Source of the DNA: a virus
Length of the DNA stretch: 38,389 nt
Strand: one strand, 5' to 3'
Virus record (IMG/VR): IMGVR_UViG_3300028114_000002
Part shown: positions 25,863-32,851 of the stretch, in pieces
How the letters are laid out: each line of letters starts with the position of its first letter
How positions within the stretch are numbered: the stretch's first letter is position 1
Program-made: the position numbers and the translations under genes
The notes under the pieces: generated by a model
The model's database searches: none
What the model was told of the DNA's origin: nothing
Seen by the model: the letters and a program-made list of their open reading frames with translations, nothing else

Positions 25863-25896
25863 TCTATGAAAACTTTTCGCAAAGCCTCCAGCAACC

Positions 25897-26241
25897 GTGC
25901 CGCAAAGACGCCGGGGGTGGCGAGTGATTAGCGACTGGCACATGCAGGATGACCGCAAGTCAGGGAAAGTGATCAAAGTCCGCAAGACTTTACGCCCCAT
26001 GGACGAGGCAGCCTCGGATGCGTGGCTAAAGAAGCTCGGCGAATGGATCGAGGCCAATCCTCCCCCTGCCAGTGGCGTGGCCCTAAAAATGGCAGAAGAG
26101 CGCACGACAAACAAGATCGTGTGGTGGGCTCTCAATACCTACGGTAATGTCCAACTCGCTGCCGACAAATTGGGTATGCTGAGATCAACTCTCTTTGAGC
26201 GTATGCGGGCTCAGGGAATTAAATGGGAGCGGAAGAGATGA
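25897..26241 (+). CDS. Fis/NtrC-type HTH (HTH_8-like) DNA-binding protein (up to 114 aa)
   Basis: The C-terminus ALNTYGNVQLAADKLGMLRSTLFERMRAQGI matches the Fis-family HTH pattern (GN...AA..LG..R.TL..K). The start is uncertain (GTG 25897 or ATG 25942), and neither has a clear SD. Confidence 0.6.
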   Translation: MPQRRRGWRVISDWHMQDDRKSGKVIKVRKTLRPMDEAASDAWLKKLGEWIEANPPPASGVALKMAEERTTNKIVWWALNTYGNVQLAADKLGMLRSTLFERMRAQGIKWERKR

Positions 26242-26528
26242 TTATTGAAGTATCGACCTACACCGACGAAGACGAATTGGTTGAATGCAAGTTCGATGTT
26301 TGGCTCCCCGGAGGCGACGACACTCCGCAAGCGACATTCGTCGAGGGTTGGAAAGACGGGCCCGCATTGAGAGAGGATCTGTACGATACGGCGTGGCTCA
26401 GACGTGCTGGCATCTACGATGAATTAGTCGAGGCAGCCTGCGCGAAGTATGATCCGGTGCTTGACTCAGAGCTTGCGGATATTGAGAAGGGTGACAACGC
26501 CTTGGATCTCGCGAGGGAGCTAGATTAA
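26238..26528 (+). CDS. Highly acidic small protein (96 aa)
   Basis: ATG at 26238 makes an ATGA overlap with the upstream stop. By hand count there are 26 D/E against 8 K/R in 96 aa. Last gene before the hairpin at 26532. Confidence 0.6.
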   Translation: MIIEVSTYTDEDELVECKFDVWLPGGDDTPQATFVEGWKDGPALREDLYDTAWLRRAGIYDELVEAACAKYDPVLDSELADIEKGDNALDLARELD

Positions 26529-26607
26529 AAAAAGGGCTCCTGGTTTTTAGCCAGGAGCCCTTAACGGCGTTAACAGATACCATTGGAGCGGACTGAGAGA
26601 CGCCTGA
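26527..26607 (-). ncRNA. Candidate ~80-nt leftward small RNA (predicted from promoter and terminator only)
   Basis: On the minus strand: TTGACG (26642..26637), 17-nt spacer, TACCTT (26619..26614). About 80 nt downstream is the hairpin with its U7 tract. The element sits in the 150-bp gap between the early operon and the primase gene. Confidence 0.3.
26532..26562. terminator. Strong GC hairpin that ends the early operon. Its best T-tract is on the minus strand.
   Basis: AAGGGCTCCTGG (26532..26543) pairs with CCAGGAGCCCTT (26551..26562) around a 7-nt loop. The plus strand is followed only by TT. The minus strand is followed by TTTTTTT (the A-run at 26527..26533). Confidence 0.75.
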
Positions 26608-26678
26608 TCCGGTAAGGTACTAGCGCAAATTAAAATCGTCAAGTAAGTTTCTGTCCGGGGAGCGGAGGGGATCGTCAT

Positions 26679-29048
26679 TTGTTACAGATTTTGGGGCTGA
26701 GGGAAAAGTTCAATTCAAAGCTCGGCATACGTAGACCTAGCGAGGATTTCTTCGCGAAGGGCTGGCGCGCAATGGACTTGCGCACGATGTTTGCCTCCCT
26801 GCCAGATGTGCTGGCGCAGATCCCGGAAGATCAGCGTTGGAACCTGTTCTACACGATGCACCATGTGTTTGAAGAGCCAGGCCGGCGCATGGAGCGCATG
26901 GAGGCCTACGCCTTTGACATCGATCAGATCCCCGGCTTCTCGGGTACGCGCGATCAGGTACGCGAGATTGCGGGTGTGGTTGCGCGCACGCTAGGCCTCC
27001 CCCTGGAAGAACTTGGCGTTGTCTGCAGCGGGAACGGCGTGCACGTTCTCGTATATTTGGACCCGAGTTGTTGGCAGACATCGCCGGAATATTTTGAAAA
27101 GAACCGGGGGCATTACCGGGCAGTCTGCGACAACATCAATCGAGCCCTGGATGTGGCGGGCTACGGGGGCGCAAAAGCTGACCCCGCAATCTTTGATCAG
27201 GCGCGAATTCTCAGGCTCCCCGGAACCCTCAATCGCAAGACGAAAGAGGGGCAGTTACGTGAGCGTAACTGTTACCTCTTGCAGGGGGATTTAAAGCCCC
27301 AGAAAATCGATATCTCCGAGCTCTCGGGGATCCCGGAAGTCAGTCCCGAGGACGCAATCCCCGAGGCGCAGATGGCTAGGTTCCCGGAGCCAGACCCGGA
27401 AGGGGTGCTGGGCGGCTGCAGTTTCCTGAAAGAGTGCAAGGCGCTGCCTAAGACGGTGACGGAGCCCAACTGGTACGCCATGCTCTCGATCATTGGTCGC
27501 TTGCCTAATGGCCGCGAGCTTGCGCATGAATATTCAAAAGGCCATCCAAACTACACCCCTCAGGAGACTGAGGCGAAGCTTGATCAGGCGATGGCCCAAG
27601 CGGGCCCCCGCACCTGCCAGAACGTGCAGGATCTTTGGGGCAAATGTAAGCAGTGCCCCTATTACGGAAAGATTCCGAGTCCGATCGTTATCAAGGGCGA
27701 GAACTATATCGCAACCGAGAAGACGGGCTTTCACCACATGACGACGGGCCAGGACGGGAGACCGAAGCCTGGCAAAGCCGACTGGGATGGGCTGAGAAAG
27801 TTCTTTCAGCGCAAACACCCCTACGCAACGCTTGCCGATGGCGAGTATCTAGTGACCTGGACCGGCACCCACTGGCAGGAGTATTCAAAGGTTGAGGCAA
27901 AGGCATTTGCGCAGAAGCACTTCAGGCCGGTAGCGGATACGAATAAAGCGAATGAGTTCCTGGGAATTTTGCTACGCAATGAGGTGCGCCCCCGGGGTTG
28001 GACGCAACATGGGACGAAGGGGAAATTGAACTTTCTTAATGGAACCCTGGAGCCCCGTACGATGTCGTTTGGTCCGCACAACCGAGACGACGGATTCATG
28101 AACGTGATTCCCTACGCGTATGATCCGAAGGCTGCGGCTCCTCGGTTTGAAAAGTTCCTTGATGATGTGACATGCGGGCACCGGGAGCTTCGCGAAATCC
28201 TCCTGCAATATATCGGATACTCGCTCTCAAACGATGCGATATGGGAACAGAAATGCCTCATCCTGCAGGGGGAGGGACGCAACGGAAAATCCACTCTAAT
28301 GCAGGTAGTGCGCGAGCTTGCAGGTGAGGGTAACTCTGCGTCGCTGACTCTCACTGAGCTTGAAAAAGACACGAACCGTTTCTCGCTTGACGGTGCGTTC
28401 TTTAATATGGCCGAAGAAGCTCCCACGCGTGGGATGCTCGAGAGCGGAATCTTCAAGACGCTCATTGGCGGCGGGAGCTTCCAGGTAAAGAAGCTTTACT
28501 CGCAGCCGTACTCAATTCAAAATCGTGCGAAGCTCTGGCTTGCGTGTAACGACATGCCTCGCTTCAACGACTTCACGGTGGGGATGTTCCGCCGGCTTGT
28601 GATCGTGCCTTTCCAGGCGAAGTTTGAGGGAGCAAACGTCGATAAGAACATCGGAGCAAAGCTCAGCGAAGAGCTCCCCGGAATCTTCAATCTTGCGATG
28701 GCAGCCTACGGGCGGATGCGCGCAAACGGAGGACTCCTGGATTCGCAATTGGTGCAGGAGCAGGCCGACATGTACCGGCTTGAACAGGACTCGGTGTACA
28801 ACTGGTGGCAGGATAATGTCGAAGTTGTACCCATGTCGGAGACGGCCCCCCGGGTTGACTCAAGTAAGTTATTCCAGGAGTACGCAATGCACATGCGCCA
28901 GTCGGAGGAGAAGCCTTTGTCTGCTCAGCAATTCCAAAAGCGTGTGCGCACATTTGTGAAAGATATTGAAGCTAGGCGCGTGCGATCAAATGGCGTGCGT
29001 TGGCTCATAGGCATTTCGTTATTGACAAGGCGTATGGAAAACTTCTAG
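26679..29048 (+). CDS. Bifunctional AEP primase-polymerase / SF3 (D5- or P4-type) helicase (789 aa)
   Basis: AEP motifs AFDID, SGNGVHV and ILRLPGTLNRK. A Cys cluster CQNVQDLWGKCKQCPYYG. Walker A ILQGEGRNGKST and Walker B-like region. TTG start at 26679 preceded by GGAGGGG. Confidence 0.85.
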   Translation: MLQILGLREKFNSKLGIRRPSEDFFAKGWRAMDLRTMFASLPDVLAQIPEDQRWNLFYTMHHVFEEPGRRMERMEAYAFDIDQIPGFSGTRDQVREIAGVVARTLGLPLEELGVVCSGNGVHVLVYLDPSCWQTSPEYFEKNRGHYRAVCDNINRALDVAGYGGAKADPAIFDQARILRLPGTLNRKTKEGQLRERNCYLLQGDLKPQKIDISELSGIPEVSPEDAIPEAQMARFPEPDPEGVLGGCSFLKECKALPKTVTEPNWYAMLSIIGRLPNGRELAHEYSKGHPNYTPQETEAKLDQAMAQAGPRTCQNVQDLWGKCKQCPYYGKIPSPIVIKGENYIATEKTGFHHMTTGQDGRPKPGKADWDGLRKFFQRKHPYATLADGEYLVTWTGTHWQEYSKVEAKAFAQKHFRPVADTNKANEFLGILLRNEVRPRGWTQHGTKGKLNFLNGTLEPRTMSFGPHNRDDGFMNVIPYAYDPKAAAPRFEKFLDDVTCGHRELREILLQYIGYSLSNDAIWEQKCLILQGEGRNGKSTLMQVVRELAGEGNSASLTLTELEKDTNRFSLDGAFFNMAEEAPTRGMLESGIFKTLIGGGSFQVKKLYSQPYSIQNRAKLWLACNDMPRFNDFTVGMFRRLVIVPFQAKFEGANVDKNIGAKLSEELPGIFNLAMAAYGRMRANGGLLDSQLVQEQADMYRLEQDSVYNWWQDNVEVVPMSETAPRVDSSKLFQEYAMHMRQSEEKPLSAQQFQKRVRTFVKDIEARRVRSNGVRWLIGISLLTRRMENF

Positions 29049-29067
29049 GTTAGTGGGTGGAGCGGCA

Positions 29068-30540
29068 ATGATCGAATTCGATAAATTATGGGACCACCAA
29101 AAGCGAGCCGTCGCGCTCGCCATGCAGCAGCGAGACTTCGCGCTGTTCCACGACATGGGCGCGGGCAAGACGGGCACGATGATCAATATCCTGCGCCGCC
29201 GCTATGGCGAGGCCGGGCGCCTGCGCCGCACGCTGATCGTCTCGCCGCTCATCACGCTTGATAACTGGAAGAAAGAATTCGGGCAATTCTCGAAGGTGGA
29301 TCCCCGGCACATTCTTATCTTGAAAGGCGCGGGCCGTAAGCGTGCAAAGGATTTCATGAAGTTTGTTTCGGACCCCGTGACCGAACGACTTGTTTTCAAC
29401 CGCGTGGTCATCATGAACTACGAGTCGGTTCAAATGAAGGAACTGTATGACGCAATCAAAGCCTGGAATCCTGAGATCATTGTTTTTGATGAAGCTCATC
29501 GACTCAGAAATCACCAGTCAAAACGCGCGCGAGCTTGCGCGAATCTGGCTGACATCGCAAAGCACCGATATCTGCTTACGGGATCGCCGATCCTTAATTC
29601 AGCAATGGACGTGTTCTTCCAGTACCGCTGTCTCGACCTTGGAGACACGTTTGGGCAGAACTTTTACGCCTTCCGAAACCGATACTTTGAAGACCGAAAC
29701 TCTGGCTGGGCTAGTAAGCCTGGTTACTTCCCCGACTTTGAAGCTCGTCCTGAGGCTTTTGCCGATCTCCACGCGCGCATGTACAAAGACGGCAGAGGGC
29801 TTGCCCGCGCCCACCGAGTGATGAAGAAAGACTGCCTTGACCTACCCCCACTGGTGAAGACCAAGATCGAAGTAGAGCTCTCGCCGGATCAACGGAAGAT
29901 GTACAAGGAAATGTCAGACGAGTTCCTGACATTTGTTGAGCGCGAGAAACAAACGGGCACACCACTAGCAGTGGTGGCACAGCTTGCAATCACGAAGGCG
30001 CTCCGCTTGCAGCAGATCGTAACCGGCTTCTGCAAGGCGGAAGACGGAGTTGAGTATGAGATTGCAGGGGGGAATCCCAGGCTCGAGGCGCTAGAGGAAT
30101 TGCTTGAAGACTTGGCTCCGAACGGCAAAGTAATTGTGTGGGCATGCTTTAAGCAGAACTACCAACAGATTGCACGCGTGTGTGACAAGCTGAAGCTCCC
30201 TTACCGGATGATCCATGGTGAGATTAGGAACGCTGATAAGCAGATAGCCATGGAAGAGTTCCGCAAAGACGAATCGATCAAGGTGATGATTGCAAACCAG
30301 GGGGCTGCAGGCATTGGCGTGAATTTGGTTGAAGCCCCGTATTCTGTGTTTTTCTCCCGGAACTTTTCGCTTGAGCAAGATACTCAGGCCGAGGCACGCA
30401 ACTATCGCGGTGGATCTGAGATGCATACAAGTGTGACTCGCTATGATATTGTTGCGCGAAATAGTATTGACGAGTTAATCGCCGACGCGTTAGCAGGTAA
30501 GCAGAAAATCGCAGATACCATTCTCGATTGGAAAATATAA
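29068..30540 (+). CDS. SNF2-family (DEAH) helicase (490 aa)
   Basis: Motif I DMGAGKTGT, motif II VFDEAHRLRN, motif III LLTGSPILN, and C-terminal motifs GAAGIGVNL and QAEARNYRGGS. I chose the ATG at 29068, which follows GGTGGAG. Confidence 0.85.
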   Translation: MIEFDKLWDHQKRAVALAMQQRDFALFHDMGAGKTGTMINILRRRYGEAGRLRRTLIVSPLITLDNWKKEFGQFSKVDPRHILILKGAGRKRAKDFMKFVSDPVTERLVFNRVVIMNYESVQMKELYDAIKAWNPEIIVFDEAHRLRNHQSKRARACANLADIAKHRYLLTGSPILNSAMDVFFQYRCLDLGDTFGQNFYAFRNRYFEDRNSGWASKPGYFPDFEARPEAFADLHARMYKDGRGLARAHRVMKKDCLDLPPLVKTKIEVELSPDQRKMYKEMSDEFLTFVEREKQTGTPLAVVAQLAITKALRLQQIVTGFCKAEDGVEYEIAGGNPRLEALEELLEDLAPNGKVIVWACFKQNYQQIARVCDKLKLPYRMIHGEIRNADKQIAMEEFRKDESIKVMIANQGAAGIGVNLVEAPYSVFFSRNFSLEQDTQAEARNYRGGSEMHTSVTRYDIVARNSIDELIADALAGKQKIADTILDWKI

Positions 30541-30549
30541 GGAGCGGAC

Positions 30550-31020
30550 ATGGCAAGTGAATTGGATTCCTGGGACGAAGCGACTCCCGTGATTGAGGTC
30601 TCAACGCAAGAGCTAGATGCTCTCGTGCAGCGAATGGACACCCTCTGGGACGAGTCAGAGAAGGTAAAGAAGCTGGCAAGTGAGGCTCGCGCGGCCTACG
30701 ATGAGGTCGAGGCACGCGTGCTCGCGATGCTGAAAGCCGCTGGAAAAAAGAGCTACATCGTTGATGGACTTGGCACCGTGTCGATCACCAACAAATACAT
30801 GATTACAACGCCCAAGGGGATTGAGGAAAAGAAACGGCTCTTTGCCTACATCAACAAGGAGCACGGGGAAGAGGGGCTATATGGCTTACTCACGATCAAT
30901 TCCCAGACGCTCAATAGCTTTGTGAACGCAGAGCTTGACCGCAAACCTGAAGTACAAATTCCCGGACTCGATGCACCGACTCACCGTGAGTCTCTTTCGT
31001 TCCGGGCAAAAAAGAAGTGA
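30550..31020 (+). CDS. Hypothetical coiled-coil protein of the replication/recombination module (156 aa)
   Basis: AAGGAG lies upstream. The N-terminus is acidic and helical. It occupies the slot of Gp157-like proteins in SNF2/primase modules; this recollection is weak. Confidence 0.4.
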   Translation: MASELDSWDEATPVIEVSTQELDALVQRMDTLWDESEKVKKLASEARAAYDEVEARVLAMLKAAGKKSYIVDGLGTVSITNKYMITTPKGIEEKKRLFAYINKEHGEEGLYGLLTINSQTLNSFVNAELDRKPEVQIPGLDAPTHRESLSFRAKKK

Positions 31021-31027
31021 GGAAGAA

Positions 31028-31816
31028 ATGGCAACCAAGAAGTCCCCGAAATCAGATACCCCTGTGAGCCAAGCCCCGGCAGTCGTTGAAGTGAACGGGG
31101 CGCTCGTATCGGCAGAGGAGCAGGCAGCCTGGGGCGCGAGTCCCTTCCTGTCGAGCCGTGACACGATCATCCCGAAGATTCTGCTCATGCAGCCGATGTC
31201 AAAGAAAGTGCTGGCAGACGAGGCAGCCTTCGGTGAGCTCCGCGATTCGGTCACAAACGAGGTCTACGGGTCTGATAAGAAATCGATCGAGATCATCCCC
31301 TTCCACCTGCAAACGGTGTGGGTTGAGCACGAGAAGAACGTGGACCCTAAGACCGGCAAAGAGGACTTGAAGTACCTCCGCACGGTGCCGCTCTCTCCGC
31401 AGAACGACACGCTGCCCCTCGATGAGCCCAACTTAAAGCGCGTGCGCACGATGCAGTTCTACGTGCTGCGCCCGGAAGAGTTGGGATCCGGGATCCCTAA
31501 GGTGATCGCCTTTCGTATCACTTCAATCAAGGCCGGAAAGAAACTGGCAACACAAATGTATGTGACGAACCGGGCAGCCGGGCTTCCCCCTCCGGGCAGG
31601 GTGATGCGGCTTTCTGTCTCCCGCCAGACCAATGGCAAGGGCACGTTTGCGGTGATGGATGTCGAGCCTGTTCGCGCTGCCACCAGTGAGGAGCGCGCTT
31701 CTGCTCTTAAGTGGTTCAAGATTATCCAGACGGATGCGGCTGTTAAGGTCGATGATTCGGATGTGGCAGAGGTCGAGACTCCGGTCGAAGACTCGGGCAC
31801 TACCGGACAATTCTAA
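31028..31816 (+). CDS. Putative single-stranded DNA-binding protein (262 aa) with an acidic C-terminal tail ending in Phe
   Basis: I chose the ATG at 31028, which follows GAGGAAG. The C-terminus DDSDVAEVETPVEDSGTTGQF resembles the acidic, Phe-terminated tails of T7 gp2.5 and bacterial SSBs. It sits between the helicase and the polymerase genes. Confidence 0.45.
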   Translation: MATKKSPKSDTPVSQAPAVVEVNGALVSAEEQAAWGASPFLSSRDTIIPKILLMQPMSKKVLADEAAFGELRDSVTNEVYGSDKKSIEIIPFHLQTVWVEHEKNVDPKTGKEDLKYLRTVPLSPQNDTLPLDEPNLKRVRTMQFYVLRPEELGSGIPKVIAFRITSIKAGKKLATQMYVTNRAAGLPPPGRVMRLSVSRQTNGKGTFAVMDVEPVRAATSEERASALKWFKIIQTDAAVKVDDSDVAEVETPVEDSGTTGQF

Positions 31817-31825
31817 GTAACGTTG

Positions 31826-31861
31826 GGGCCCCTGGGGGTAAGGGAACAGGGGCCCGTTTTT
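31826..31861 (+). terminator. Rho-independent terminator (rightward)
   Basis: GGGCCCCTG (31826..31834) pairs with CAGGGGCCC (31847..31855), followed by GTTTTT (31856..31861). Confidence 0.7.
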
Positions 31862-31877
31862 ACTAAAGAGGGCATGT

Positions 31878-32645
31878 ATGCGAGTGCTTTGCATTGACTT
31901 TGAGACGACACACAAGGACCCGCTACAAGCCCGCCCGTGGGAGTTTGCCGCGTGCGTGGCTACTAACAATTCGTGGGCATTTGCACAGGAGGGGCAATAT
32001 ACTGGGCGCATGTGGGCAGCTGATTACCCTGAGTTGTCGCCCGAGATCCAACGTGTCTGCAAGCTGCCGAGTGAGCGTAAGAACTTTGTCGGCTCTCCCA
32101 GCACCAAAGAAGTTCTTGCGAATCTGCACTCCCTGGCAGGGCAGGCAGATTACCTGATGGCTTATAACGCCGAGTACGACCGGACGGTGTGGGAGCAGGA
32201 ATGCATCCGGCAGAAGGTGCCCTTCCCTACCACCCCCTGGCTGTGCGCCTACTCTGATGTCCCGTACCCTGACTATTACCGCTGCCGGCAGCTCTCGCAT
32301 CTGGCGCTTGACCATGGGATCAAGGTCGATCCCGAGGCACTGCATGGAGCCCTGGGAGATGTGAGACTGATGGGCCAGCTACTCAGCCGAGGTGGATACA
32401 CCCTGGAAAAAATCCTGGAATATAAGCAGGAGCCCTGGGTGTACATGAAGGCGGTGTTCAATGCGTTTGGCCCTGGAGGCCAGGAGCTCAAAGAAGCGGC
32501 AAAGGCAGACGGCTACGGCTGGCAGCAGTGCCGCGGAGATACGGTTACGTTCATGAAGACTTGGGTTAAGCGAGTGAAGCTATCCAAGTTTGAGGAAGAG
32601 AAGGCTCGCACGCTGCCGTTCAAGCGTGAAACTTTGGAGGCCTGA
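31878..32645 (+). CDS. DnaQ-like DEDDh 3'-5' exonuclease (255 aa)
   Basis: ExoI CIDFETT, ExoII MAYNAEYD and ExoIII HGALGDV. Confidence 0.8.
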   Translation: MRVLCIDFETTHKDPLQARPWEFAACVATNNSWAFAQEGQYTGRMWAADYPELSPEIQRVCKLPSERKNFVGSPSTKEVLANLHSLAGQADYLMAYNAEYDRTVWEQECIRQKVPFPTTPWLCAYSDVPYPDYYRCRQLSHLALDHGIKVDPEALHGALGDVRLMGQLLSRGGYTLEKILEYKQEPWVYMKAVFNAFGPGGQELKEAAKADGYGWQQCRGDTVTFMKTWVKRVKLSKFEEEKARTLPFKRETLEA

Positions 32646-32851
32646 TGCATACGAAAAATCTGAAACAACAACCTGCCCGCAAGGGGAATACTCCCCGCCG
32701 CAAACCGCTAACGGTCCGTATCGATCGCACGCTACACGACTTTGTGACCCGCTCAGCACATGCCAAGGGCGAGTGCGTGGCCGTGACGGTCTCGCGCATC
32801 TTAAAGTCCTACCAGCGGAGCGTCGGCCGCGCGAAGGCACTGCACGCGTGA
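32645..32851 (+). CDS. Ribbon-helix-helix (CopG/Arc-like) DNA-binding protein (68 aa)
   Basis: Basic N-terminal tail, then PLTVRIDRTLHDFVTRSAHAKGECVAVTVSRILKSY, which fits beta-strand, helix, helix. TGATG overlap with the exonuclease stop and GTGA overlap with the polymerase start. Confidence 0.6.
   Translation: MHTKNLKQQPARKGNTPRRKPLTVRIDRTLHDFVTRSAHAKGECVAVTVSRILKSYQRSVGRAKALHA

Noticed and set aside
25657-25869. Plus-strand ORF reading (P/T-A)n (TTG start) as an independent gene
   Set aside because: The TTG start has no usable SD spacing. The third positions are less G/C-biased than in the GGC-NNC frame. I keep it only as a possible stop-codon-readthrough product of the upstream gene.
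25503-26135. 210-aa minus-strand ORF reading (A-V/G)n through the hexanucleotide array
   Set aside because: It is open only because the repeat lacks stops in that frame. It runs antisense to two well-supported plus-strand genes, and its flanking translation is low-complexity off-frame sequence.
29023-29052. Second TTGACA promoter (tattgacaaggc, shared 12-mer with the early promoter) upstream of the SNF2 helicase gene
   Set aside because: The best -10 (TAGGTT) needs an 18-nt spacer and would place the transcription start within or after the helicase SD. By rough estimate, dozens of 12-mer coincidences are expected by chance in 38 kb. I keep it only as a weak possibility.
32590-32847. N-terminal 86-codon extension of the DNA polymerase ORF
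   Set aside because: It overlaps the exonuclease end and the whole RHH gene in another frame, and it translates to R/P/C/T-rich sequence. GTG 32848 gives a GTGA-coupled start right before the conserved exonuclease domain.
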